Shown: positions 40,615-53,324, counted from the stretch's first letter. The stretch is 64,000 nt of DNA from Paramecium tetraurelia (GCA_000165425.1 CT867993.1:186001-250000), one strand, 5' to 3'. Numbers and translations: made by a program. Notes: generated from the letters alone by a model not told the origin.

Positions 40615-42384
40615 ATGTTTCTGAGATTAGCATCCAATTTCATTAGGCAGCCTATGATGATGAAACAAATTTCAAAGTAATTGAGATTTCTGCCTATGAC
40701 AACAATATTGAACAATCACAAGTTGTTGATCTATAATTTATCATAATTGCACACAGCATTCTTTTAGATTGAAGAGTAGAATGATGATGAGGACTTATTG
40801 TAAATACTGTCTATGAATAGAGTAGATTGGAAGAGGTCCCAGTACGTAGGACAAACTCAAACTAATTGAAAATTGATTGATTATTATAGTCATAGTGAAA
40901 TATTCAAAATTATTCATTCATTTTAAGTGTGGATAGTATTTTAATTAAATTAATGAGAAGTTTTCCGCTTAGATTCATTGCTTAAAGAACCACGCAACTA
41001 TTCAGATCAAATTAATCCCTTTCGAAATTAATGTCATGCAGAACAATCAGATTTCATTATTCCCAAGAGTTCATTCATAATAAAAATAGCAATAATACTT
41101 CGAATCAGAGCAAAAAGGATAATAAAATTATAGATATTCAACCCTTTTAAATGATCGAGCTATTCTAAAAGTTGGTCGCTTTGAGAAAAGAAGAATAGAA
41201 TGAAACCAATTGTATTTCATAATTCGATATTTGTAGAGGAAAGTATGATCTTAACATTGGAATAATTAGTACCCTTTATTGACAACTTCAACATTCATTA
41301 ATTAGAATACTTTTTGGTTCTGGCAAATGAGACAATTGAAATTGATCAAAAACTTACTGATAAATTGTATGAATAGAATAAGCATCTCTTGTATTCAGAG
41401 TATCCATATTTCATTAGAATTTTAGATAATCTGATTTCATTAAGTGTTTGTAAGTCCTGGCTTTATTGACTGAAAATCCTCTTGAAGAGCCACAATTGGA
41501 AAACTTCATTAAAATGATCTTTACAATTCTTGAGATTCCAGATCTTGAGGCATCCATTCTTGCTTACTCTATATATGTATATGGACTAATCATTAAACAA
41601 TACAAAATCGAATCAAAAGAATTCTATTAATCAATCACTAGGCATTTAAAAAATATTGATTTAGATTATCAGGAAATCATGGAAAAGGGTAAAAAGGATT
41701 CTTAATTAATTAATTTTACTTAACAAGACCTCAAACTACTATCCTTAGGATTGCATTTTGGTGGATGCTAAAACTCTGTTCTTGGAAAATATATTTCATT
41801 AAAAGCACAAAGTATTTTTGTTGAAATCTCGAATCTCATTTTTATATCTAAATTTTTGTTTAAATAAGAATAGGTTGAGCAAGAATTCTTGACTTACTTT
41901 AAACAATAACTTGAGAAGTCCAAGAATAAGATTTAACCAGATGACTTGATGCAATTGGCCATTGCTGTCAAACAGATGAAATAGCCAGATTAACAGATAT
42001 TAGAATTCATTGTTAAAGAATTCTTGAGGACGAAAAGCAATTTTACAGTAGGGGACAAAGCATTCTTATACCAAAAGATGGCATAAATGCTTTGTACATC
42101 TAAGGAATTATGGACTCAATTTGCATCGGAAGTGAAAGAAATTACAGATAAATGTGAGTGGTTTGATGCGTGCTTTATGTTTTATGGCATTTTTGATGTA
42201 ATCCTATTGGATTATTTAGGTTTTCGAAGCTTTGTCACCAGAATGTCAAGAATTCATATTCAACTATATCATTGGGCATGAGAAAGTGATCGATAGTGAA
42301 ATGAAGAAATTGCTATTCACAAAGTTGAAAGAGAAGGGGATCCTTACCGAACAAGATATTGAGGAATCAAAAAAGTAAAATTGA
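40615..42384 (+). CDS. Hypothetical helical protein with probable mitochondrial presequence
   Basis: MFLRLASNFIRQPMMMKQISKQLRF (Arg-rich, no acidic residues); long code-6 frame with introns; TGA 42382-42384. Confidence 0.6.
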
Positions 42385-42407
42385 ATGTGTATAATATGCG
42401 TATAAAT

Positions 42408-43225
42408 TCATAATGCTAATTGATACATGTAATTGACTCTTTTTAATACTTCTTTGTAATTTCTAATTGCTTTGTTTGCTCTATCCGTGAGCGATGTGTT
42501 AGTAGTAATCGAAAAATTGAATGGTTTTAGTTATAATATATTATCTTTGAATGGTGACAATTAATTCTAATTAGATTTTGAGTTCTTACATATATTATTT
42601 AAATTTAATCTGTATCTTTTGAATTTACAAGGTCAAATATTTTTTGTATTAATAATTTACTGTACCTACATTCATTCATCATGTAATTCAAATTATTCAT
42701 ATTTATTGTTTTGTTATCTTCCAGTATCAAGTATTAGGATTCCCTAGTGCATAATTCAAAGAGCGCCAACCCTAATTGCTATTGCATGTTGTAAGATTCT
42801 CCCTCCATTATTTTAATCTACCCATTATTATAGAAAATGCAGGTGGTGCTAAGATTTGAGGTTTAATTTTTAGATTTGATGAACATTACTCCTTGCAAGA
42901 TCTAATAAAATAGATTCCAGATTTCAGTCTCCGCAATGGGTAATTCCTGATTGATTAAATAATCTTGTAGAGTGGAGTCATAAAACTCATAATATATTGA
43001 AATGTAGCTATTATCGTTTTGCTTGTGTAACTCCGCAGCTAGTAGCTCGATTACATTCTCGTGTTCCCAATTTGATCTTTCATGCAATTCCTGTTTCGAA
43101 ATATCTGATTGCAATATTTTGCAATATGCCAACTATCCATTCTCCTTCTATTTCCAAATATCAATTTGACCCAATTCCAAATGCCGAATGGTAAGTAGAA
43201 AGTCATAGCTTTCCAAGAAACTCAT
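42408..43225 (-). CDS. Pseudokinase
   Basis: Kinase-like HENVIELL, IYYEFYDSTLQDYL, ETEIWNLFYQILQGV, but the catalytic loop reads NQTSNLSTTCIF and the DFG position reads IKIMEG. Confidence 0.65.
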
Positions 43226-44244
43226 TTTTTGTTAACTGATTAATTAATTATAAAAATCTATAATAAAGTTCATATATAATGATTATAGAAATCTTTAATA
43301 CTCATCAAGTAATCCATAGTAAATACTATTCCTACTAAGTAATAGCTAAAAAATATAATTTAACTGTTTATGTTCTTATATTAAATTGAAAATAAGAAAG
43401 TTAATTTGCATCAAATTAATTTATTTTATTTCGTTATTATTCACAATCTATTTAATCAATAGTCTGAGGATAGTGCTTTTATTTATAATTTAATTGAATT
43501 CTAATCATATTAAGTTATTTTATATTACCACTATAAACATTATATTAAATGTCCAAATTTAGAATGATAAAAATGGTTAATTTTAAATCCTTATCAATAT
43601 GTCCTATTATATAATACAAAAATTCTGTATAGTTATTGAAATTATATTAATTAGTTGGTTCATCCATCTATACTCGTTATTAGAATCATGAAAAAGTATT
43701 TGTCATTCACTATTAAATACATACTTTCTTTATATTAATGTTCTTTTGATTAATTAAAAAATATAAAATTCAATTTAATAGTGAAATTATAAACCATAAA
43801 TCAACAATTCTAATGTTAATTGGGTAAATTCATAAATCCAACTTTGAATTTACCAAATATTTGTAAAATTAATAAGTTTACTAATGTATGAACAATCATT
43901 GCAAGTGTTTGATTTTCTATTCATAGATTTCATATAGAAATTATATTTTTATTCTATTTTAAATTTGATTAATATAATTAGTATTATTAATTTGATTAAT
44001 TTGTTTGTGAAATTCCTCTTCAAATAATATTATTATTTTCAATTATAGATAAACAGCAATTCATTGATCTTCTAAACAGTAAAACTAATATATAATAGTA
44101 CTTTATTAAATGATATAATTTGTTTAGGTGTTTTGATATGCTGTATAAATACCATTATTATTTTGAAATTGATATAACTTATCAATCTTTACATTTGATT
44201 TAATTTCCAAAAAGGTCTTGGTTTGATTAATTTATTTAATTTTA

Positions 44245-45248
44245 ATGGATAAACAATGTAAAATATATAAGTCGAAGGAGATAGTTTACTCCAGGGATCC
44301 CAACGATGTAAGACTATATCTTAGTGAATTTTAAGAAAAAGAAAATCATAAATGGGTATAAGATTATGAAAATAATTGGGGAAGGATCATATGGGAAAAT
44401 TAAACTAGCAATTAAGGATAATCAAGAATATGCAATAAAAAAGATTAATAAGTTTATTCTGAAAAAGAAGAATAAAATGTACAAGAATCCCAATGGAAGT
44501 AATTAAATATAGAATTATTTAAAGCTACCAAGTATGTTTCATTGTTGGATGAAGTATACAGAGAAATAGAAATTCATCAAAAATTAGATCATCCAAACAT
44601 CGTCAAGATGCTTGAGATATATGATGATGAAGAGAGAGAGAAATTGTATGTGGTTTTAGAATATGCAGAAATGGGGCAAATTTTGAAATGGGAAAGCAAA
44701 TAAGAATTATTCACAGCTCCATGGAAATTCGATGAACTCACATTCAAAGATTATGCCAAACAAATGCTGACGGGATTGCAATATCTATAGTAATAATATG
44801 TTGCACATCGAGACATTAAGCCACACAATATACTATTGACCAAAAATCATCAGATTAAAATATGTGATTTTGGATCTGCTCAATAAATGTCTCCACAAAA
44901 TGACAGAGTAAAAGGTACTGAAGGAACATTTCAATTTGTTGCTCCAGAATGTTTAAGAGAAAATAAAAAAAGTGAAATTCCAGGCTATAGTGGTCATCTG
45001 GCAGATGTTTGGAGTTTAGGAGTTGTGTTCTATTGTGTAGTGGAATTGAGATTGCCATTTCAAAGTGAGATAATGTTGGAACTATTTAATTAGATAGAAA
45101 CTAAAGAGTATTGTATATTCTGTTAACATTAGAATTACAATGAAATATGATGGACCTGCAAAAGGTGTGATTCTCAAAATGTTGACTAGAGACACTAATG
45201 AAAGACCGAATGCAACCTAGTTATTAGAGGATCACATATTTTTAATGA
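44245..45248 (+). CDS. CaMKK-like Ser/Thr kinase
   Basis: IGEGSYGKIKLA, YAIKK, VYREIEIHQKLDHPNIVK, HRDIKPHNILL, DFG, GTEGTFQFVAPE, DVWSLG. The stop at 45246-45248 is in frame only if one T of a T5 run is an extra base. Confidence 0.88.
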
Positions 45249-45291
45249 TTTAGTATCGTAGTAGCATTTTTAGATATAATTAATTCTACAA

Positions 45292-45646
45292 TCACATCAT
45301 TTTGCTCAAGTACTTCACTCTTAAATTCATTATAAATGTTATACTCTACAGGTTAATATTCTGATTGAACAAAATTCCATTTCAAAATCAGACATCGCTT
45401 ATTGTCACATTCAAATTCAAAAACATACTCCTCTTTGTTAAAATAGGAATAATCGTAATTCAATCCAATTTCCCATACAAACACAACCCATTAAGGACCA
45501 AAGAGCTGATTCAATTGATTTCGAATGAATTCTGCCTAATTGACAAATACTTTCTATTTCTAGCTTCTTGAGAACACATCATAAATAGCCTCCTTGTGTA
45601 TTTAAGTTACATTATAGCCTTATCTAATGATGCTAAATTAACTCAT
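45292..45646 (-). CDS. Divergent dynein light chain LC8-like small protein (~109 aa)
   Basis: NQAEFIRNQLNQLFGPQWVVFVWE...YVFEFECDNKRCLILKW follows the LC8 pattern; one 25-nt intron. Confidence 0.5.
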
Positions 45647-46107
45647 AGATTTCAAATATATTCTGAGTAGTTTATATAATAATTAAAAAAAAGAATATTC
45701 AACAATGATTATTATAATTATTACTTGGCTTCTTTTGTTCTTCTTTTTAGCTATTCAATCAGCTTTTGATTTAATCGAAAATAGTTAATAATCTTTTATC
45801 TCTAATATTAAATTGCTTCTAATACAATATCATTTTATATATTATTAATCATTCTTTTAACTTCCTTCTGATCATGATATAATTATTTATATCCTTTTTT
45901 GGAAAGATGAGATATAACTATTACCTTTTGAACTTTCCAATTATTGTCATTTCTGCGAGAATATTAAGTTTTAGTATTGTAAAAGTATAAACAATTAAAT
46001 TTAGCCTTATTAATATGAATTAGTAAAGCGTTGGAATCCTATTTTATTTTTGATTTTAGATTGTAATTCCTTAGAATATCAAATTAAGAATATTTAATTT
46101 TATTTAA

Positions 46108-47470
46108 ATGCTTAATTCATCTTAAACCAAAAGCACTATGGAGACAAAAAGGCCAATAATTATTGAACACAAATATAGCATTATCAAAAACATTTACAGA
46201 GGGAAACAATATAACATATATTTAGGTAATAGATGTAGAATTTAAGAGATAGGTAGCCATAAATAAAGAGGAGGTTAATGATTTCAATTCGGCAAATTTC
46301 AAAGATAGGTTTTACCTAATAAAGATGAGAAAGTAAGAATGTATTGCCATTTTAAGATAATCCTAACAAAACGAGATAATTCCAGAACTGCAATTTTTAT
46401 TAAGATTAAAGGACAGTATACTCCTATGTAATATTAATAGCCAACTGTGCTTCCATATTAGTCAAACATGGAGATCAGGTTATAAATGGCTAAAAATATC
46501 ATTATCAAATCCTATAGAGACATGGTCCTTCGATCAAGCTAGTTTACCATTATCTGTCCAAAAGCCTTCCTCTACCTCTACTGTGTCTCATAGCCATTTA
46601 AACTGTACTATTGAATACGAATATTGTAGTTAACTTGTCTTGAAGCCATCCACAGAAATTAAATAGTTCATAGGAATATTCGACCGAAAAAATTATTGCT
46701 TTCAACCAGTGGCAATGAAATCTTACTTTGCGATTTCAAATTTGCTAGTAAGTTCAAGTTGCAACAAGGATCAATTTGCTGTTTGGAAAACCACAATTCC
46801 AATTCAAGCAAACTATTCCTCAATAAATACTCAAGTATTAATTAGCATTTGAATCAATGTAAGAGTGTCAATACAACTATTAGTTCCCACACCTAAGGAT
46901 GATCTAGAGTCCCTAGCTTATATATTGTTAGTGTATGCAACAAATTCTAGTATCTTCAAGATAAAGGCTGATAATAAAGGGCTGAAACTCAAAAAATTGG
47001 AGAACATTAAATTATCGATGGTACCTGAAATTGCATTTAAATCCGCTCCAATTGAATTCATCCACTTTCTAAACTTAATTAAGACTAGCAATGCTAATGA
47101 CTATCCTTAAGAATATGAGAAGTTCAAATCATTATTTCGTAAGATTATTTAAGCCAAGGGATACAATGAAAAAGATTTATAATACACTTTATTCCATATG
47201 CAATTTCAGGAATCTCATTCCTAATAATAAAAAGTTTAGGCAAGTAGATTTAAGAAAATATCGAATCGCAAAGAGAGTTCTGAATAAGAGGCAATGGATG
47301 ATGAGTTTTCAGTTTAGTAGTGTAATACCGTTGGAGAGGATTGTACTATAGAACCAATCATAAAATCTGTAGGATCATAATCACATAAAAGCCTATCTGG
47401 TCTTAATTCACATAGACTTGAACTTGAAACTTAAATCATGAAACTCCAATTAACGAAGACTCGAAATTTA
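46108..47470 (+). CDS. Casein kinase 1-like pseudokinase (3' end unresolved)
   Basis: IVHRNIRPKKLLL, LCDFKFA, KYSSINQH, KDDLESLAYIL; catalytic Asp replaced by Asn. No in-frame TGA located before the next gene. Confidence 0.7.
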
Positions 47471-47540
47471 GTATATTTTTTAACAATTTTCTACATTTAT
47501 TAGACATAATTATAATGTTTTAGTGTCAATTAATAAATTA

Positions 47541-48158
47541 ATGAAATATTATATCATTCTTTGTTTAGTTGCAGCTACTTTGGCTGGATCTTGTGGATAA
47601 ACATGCTGCTAGGATTTAAAGACCAGAGCTGCCATGACTTATCACTATTATATTAATACAGGTAGATTTGTTGGAGGCAGTGGAGACTCTGCAATTAAAA
47701 CATTTGGATATTCTGGTTCCGGTCAAGTATCTAAAGTCATATGATAAAATGTAGTATAGAAATGATCCAGCATCTATGTGCATCAAGAACAAAGGTCCTG
47801 CTCCAGCCACTACTTATAAAATTACATTGTGCAAAAACACAATGCATAATCCCCCAGTTGACAGACCTTGTTCTTTTTGGATCGAGGCAGTAGATGAAAA
47901 AACAATGTGTGGCAGAAGTGAAATCTTCATCCACGGTTGTTAATGCTGTTCAAATGGAGATTGGACCGAACCACCTGTTGATGGATGTTCTGCAGGGTAT
48001 TAAATATTTGATTACATCATTGTAGATGCGTCATCATAAACGAAGCCAATAGAAAGAAGTTAAGAGTAGGAGACACTATAATTATTGAATAAAGGGATCC
48101 ATTGGGTGATGATGTTCAATTCTTGGAAGATTACTCTTAATTTGCACAAGAAGAATGA
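47541..48158 (+). CDS. Secreted Cys-rich Tlde1/DUF2778-like (L,D-transpeptidase-related) protein, 186 aa
   Basis: Signal peptide MKYYIILCLVAATLA; introns 47727-47754 and 47997-48025; motifs GYSGSGQYRNDP, NKGPAPATTYKI, CGRSEIFIHG, CSAGCVII. Confidence 0.78.
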
Positions 48159-48200
48159 AGCAATTGTTACATCATTGGACAATTATTTATCAAATTATTT

Positions 48201-48772
48201 ATGAAATGTTTTCTTGCTCTTTTATTTGTTGTCATAGCATAAGCTGGGAATTGTGGACAAACTTGTTATTAAGATTTGCCAACGAAACCTCCAATGACAT
48301 TCTATAAGTTTATAAGCACTGGGAGATTCTTCGGAGGCAATGGCGATTCATCGAATAGTACTTTTGGTTATTCTGGAACTGGAAAAGTATTTATTCTACA
48401 GACTCAAAACTAGTTTAGAAATGCTCCCACAGCCTAATGAAGAAAGAACTAAGGACCTGTTCCTGCAAATACTTAAGCAATAAAAAAATGCTAAAATACA
48501 ATGCATAATCCTCTAGTGGACGGGCTTGTTCATTTTAGATAAACAGCAAGGACAAAGACAAAATGTGTGGAAGAACAGAAGTTGTGATCCATGGATGTGC
48601 TGGTTGTACACCTAGTGATTGGAATGGAATGTACCATCTATTGATGGCTGTTCTGCCTACAGGGTGATAAGTAATTGCTAAGATAGATGTATCATCATAA
48701 ATGAAGAGAGTAGAAAAACTAAGAGTGGGAGACACTTTGATCGTTTAGGATTATGATACATTGATTGATTGA
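48201..48772 (+). pseudogene. Decayed tandem paralog of the Tlde1/DUF2778-like gene
   Basis: Same signal peptide layout, motifs (GYSGTGK, GPVP, CGRTEVVIHG, GCSA) and intron positions; in-frame TGA at 48438-48440 plus several indels. Confidence 0.8.
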
Positions 48773-48890
48773 AAGTATGAAATTAGATGACATCATCTTG
48801 GAGAAAGAATTATGTATGAATGAATTATTAATTTGCAATAATAATTCCTGTTATTATTAATTATATTTTTAGATAGAAGGTTTTTTCTTA

Positions 48891-49640
48891 TCATTTGGTT
48901 CTTTAATAAAATTCAAAAGCTGAATCGTACATTGTTTTGATATAGGGTGATAATTTTTAGAGAACATTTTTCAATGAAATTTGACAACATCCAGCCATTT
49001 CAGATATTGCGTTTAAATTTATACCTCCTTTTTCTTTGAATACGAAATCTCCTGATAATTTAATTAGGACTGATGCGATTACATGTTCGTGTTCTCCTTA
49101 AATAAGATTCAGATTCTTTAAATTTGAAAAGAAGAATTTGCATAGTGTTTAAAACTTCTGATTAAATCCTATGCCTTTACAAATTCTAGCCATGAAAGCT
49201 ATGGTAAAGGCGTCTTCATTAAATGGTTCAAATTGGTTTAGTTGATTCAGGATCTTGCGTACTTACTTATCATTCACATCTATAATTTAAATAACTTCGT
49301 TGACTCTTAATGGGACGAGCAGAATTCTTAAAGATTATATAATCAATGCACATGCTATTGATTAATATTTTTTCGATTTTACTTTCTCTATTAACTCACT
49401 ATTCAACATCTCGAAACATTTGGCCTTGATCGTGTCTTGATTTAAATCACTTAAGAATTAAGGATTATCTTGTGAGAGTTTTTTGAGCATTTCATCGATT
49501 AATAGGTTAACTTGTTTAAGTCTTCTTTTGTCGGATTTCTGCAATTCTGGCATCTGTTTTGTTTCTTTGATTTATTTCTGTGCTACTAAATTCCAATTGA
49601 ATTTGGGAGGAGGTGGTCTTTAGCTAATTTTGTAATTCAT
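48891..49640 (-). CDS. TFIIB-like protein: two cyclin-fold repeats, no zinc ribbon (249 aa)
   Basis: KSKKYQSIACALIIQSLRILLVPLRVNEVIQIIDVNDKQVRKIL and FMARICKGIG...LNLIQGEHEHVIASVLIKLS...LNAISEMAGCCQISLKNVLQKLSPY align by eye to the two TFIIB core repeats. Confidence 0.7.
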
Positions 49641-49853
49641 ATTATTTTGGTTAATTAATTAATTAGAAGAAATTTAATTGAAGTGCCACTGACCAGAAAA
49701 GACCAGAACTTAATTTCAGAGCATGTTATGTTATTGAATTCAAGTAGATATTATTTCCATAATATATTCTGCATATTTGATCGGGCTGTTATTCTATTGC
49801 GCTTATATAAATTTATTGCTATTATTGTAGAAAATCAACTGATAAATAAAAAT

Positions 49854-51460
49854 ATGTTAACAAATGTTAGCAAACCTGTTGAAATCTCTTATCAATCTTA
49901 AATCATCTGTAAATCATCCCATCTATAGAAGAACCTACTTTAAAGTCGTAGCAGCCACCCACTACTTAGATACAAAAATAGGCATTATAATCGATCCCTT
50001 TGGTTCCTTTGAGATAAGCCCACAAATCCATGACCACAATTAGACCCTCCATATTTAAATCCAGAGTGGAGGAACCGACTTCATTTAATAAGTATCACAT
50101 TATCTATAAACTCAGAGATGCCTCCTCCCTGATTGCTAAACTTGATTCGTTACGCGAAATTAAAACCTAAGAGAGTCCTTTCAGACATCACAAAACAACC
50201 TATATTCAACCTCAATCTAGCGTTGTCTTGGAATTCAAAAACGCTGCACCCAAAACTGTGCAATTGCAATCAAGTGTCTTCGCCAGTTGTGTTGAACCTT
50301 TCCGTTCTTCCAAAAGCATCGCAAGCTCGAGTGTCTCAAACAGTTAATAATGGAGTAAAACTATTCCTCCCTAAAAAAATTATGAAGCACTCATCGAAAC
50401 TCTGATGAAGGAACAAGACACAGTGGTTGAACAATACGGTGATAAATTAACGAAGTTGGAATAGAAAGTGGTTGTCCTCTCTCAAGAAAACACAAACCTT
50501 ATGGAATAAAATAAATTACTTTTGACTTAAAACATTGAATTAAATGAAGAAATTACATAATGGAAAAATTAAGTAAAACAATATCTTCAATAATCCTAAA
50601 TTAATTCCAAATTCCAAAATGATATCGAAATCTTAGAGAAACAACTTGAATACAAACAAGATGAACTCAAATAAACCATCTCTAACCTGGAATAAATCAA
50701 AAATATTAATCAATCTTTCGAACTCACCATCAAAGAATAACAAGACCAAATCAATTCTATACTATAACAATAACTTAAAGAAAGTGATGCTTACAACTCA
50801 AAAATCATTGCCCAAAAATAAAATATCCAAGAATTAGAATCAAAAGTCAATCAATTTTACAAAAATGAATCTTCATCCTAAACCTTAATCAGAGATTTGC
50901 AGAATAAAATCAAATTATTAGAACAAACCAATGAGAGATCGAAAGTCCTCAATTAACAATCTCCTGCCAAAGTATAATTATATACTATCTAGATTAATGT
51001 TAAAGATTAGTATGAATATAAACAATTACTCTTGGAATTGGATAGCAAATCCATGACCATTACAGAAAAAGAAACCTAAGTAGAAGCTTTGAAAATCAAG
51101 AACACCATGCTCTAACAATAGCTAATCTAATTATAAGCATGCCAATTGGGTATCAGAGACTATGAATCTGGATTAAAATAAAAGCAACAAGAAATCAATG
51201 AATTATAATTAGCTTTACAAAGGAAAAATTAAGAATGCGATGCTCTTTCATAAAATTAACAAATCATAATCAATAATAGAAATGAAGAATATGAAAATAT
51301 CATAAATGAACTGTAATCAACTTTGCAAAATAAAAATGATGAACTCGAAAAAGTTACCCTTCAATTAAAAACCGTCAAAAAGGAAAAAGCCAAACTATCT
51401 ATGAATTTAATTACAGCCGGAATGGCAAATCTAGTAATGGTATCCTAAAGTTCTACCTGA
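49854..51460 (+). CDS. Coiled-coil protein with S/P-rich N-terminus
   Basis: Small introns restore a continuous frame; Q/E/K/N heptads from about 50400; ends MNLITAGMANLVMVSQSST*. Confidence 0.7.
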
Positions 51461-51699
51461 GCTATGAGTCTCCCTGATAATCATTTATATCAAGCATATA
51501 AAAATATTATTAAGATTCTACTTATAAATATACAATTATTTAATTTTGGTTGAATCAAATTTAAAAAATATATGATAAAAACAAAAGAAATACATAATTC
51601 TGGTGGAGATTTTAATTTTCTTAAGTTATTTGAACATTCCCTGGAGTTGAGATCAAACCTAATAAGTTTATGCAAAATTTACAGATATAAACGCTAATC

Positions 51700-53108
51700 C
51701 ATACTCTGGTATCAATTTTGCACTAGTTCCAAATTTAATCTTCTATCTCATTTAGAAGTGCCGTACCGAACCCAATAATCAATAGATTTTGAGTCTAAAA
51801 TTCATATTCATGCAAAAAAGTAACACAAAAATAATATATTATACATAATGCTATAAAATAACTAGTAAAAAATTATCATAATATAATATATTAATTATAT
51901 TTATAATTAATTAATAAATTATTAATATAATTATTTTATAGAATTTAATTAAACTTTTTATATTTTTTTAAAATAATTTGGATAATATATCTTCTAGTAA
52001 GACTCATTTTTCAAATATTATGAAACTAGACATTAGATTGAAAAGGATACTAACCATTCTTATAAATATTTTATGTTCTTAAATATAAAATTCTCATGAG
52101 CAACAACATCTTACAACGTTTTGAATAACTACTGGGCCATTAAAAGTGAGAAGAATTGAGATAGAAAATCCTACTATTCCCATTGTTATTTTATTTGTAA
52201 AGCTTAGACCCTCTTATACCTCCTTTTTCTTTATGTGTGCTAGAAAATATTAATTTTTGTTCATATTTTTTTCTGCTGCAAAGATAGCAACACTTTTAGA
52301 AATCTCTGAAAAATTGAATTCCAATAAAAGATACATAACTTTCTTACCTTCCTTTAAAATTGTTTACGATTATTATTTGATGTCATTAAAAAATGTCAGC
52401 TTTAAGTCTTCATAATTTTCAAGCTAAAATAGTTAAAAATCCATATTACTATGAAAGATATTTCAACCTATTTCTTTTATTCTTTTAAATCCATTACATA
52501 ATATTGCATTTACTCTGGAACATTTAAATTCAAATCTTTAGTATCGGAGAACTTAAAAACTTGTGAATGGCAATCATCTCCAAAGTATCCTGAAAAACAC
52601 TCACATTTTTATTTCTAACAATATTGAAATCTGTTACTTAACATAAGCCATGATGATTACACTAATTCAAACAGTTGTTCCCTAATTTCTTCATAGCAGT
52701 TATTGTGATTTTATACTTTGTGTTATTTTAAGAGAACACCTAAATATTAGTTTATTTGTGATGCTTATTGTAAACTATAATATGCCTTTCCAATTAGCCA
52801 TCCAAATAACTTTATAGAATATTATTTATTTACCTTGAAATAGTTACATATTCAAAATCCTATTAATCATATTGGGTAAAACTATTTTCTTTAATATCAA
52901 GCTGGATAAGAAGAAAGGTTTGATCCTCATGCTCTAAAGTTACATCAATGCTATAGTAGGAATGACCAGCAGGGAGAGTGTAAAAGGAATTACTTGAAAT
53001 ACTTTCTTCGCTCCATTAATTTAAAGAATTTTCCGACTGATGTAAGTTGATTTATTTGGTCAATCTACATTTTGCAACAATGACAAGCAAAATTATGTAG
53101 CAGAACAT
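51700..53108 (-). pseudogene. Decayed gene for an EGF-domain membrane protein
   Basis: Signal-like MFCYIILLVIVA, EGF fragments CNHHGLC and CECFSGYFGDDC, a hydrophobic stretch downstream; frames broken by TGA and shifts not explained by GT-AG introns. Confidence 0.45.
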
Positions 53109-53324
53109 AAGGAATTGTGTAAATAAACTAAATTTATTTAATACTAAATAAATATTTAATGTTGACATAAGGATACATTGTAGATTTAATTGGAATATCA
53201 AAGTACTAGTGATTAGATGGAATTCATTTTAATATCAAAATTCTTAATGAACATTGCATCACATAAAATCATACAGAAATATTATTATAGTAAAATTCAA
53301 ATAATATAATAAATTAGAAATTTA

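Noticed and set aside
48438..48440. In-frame TGA at a Cys position as possible selenocysteine or readthrough
   Set aside because: The same copy has several frameshifting indels and no SECIS-like hairpin was evident; pseudogenisation is simpler.
47541..48772. Bacterial contamination or an effector-immunity pair
   Set aside because: Both copies use TAA/TAG as Gln, carry Paramecium-type introns and sit between ciliate genes; the second gene is a paralog, not an immunity protein.
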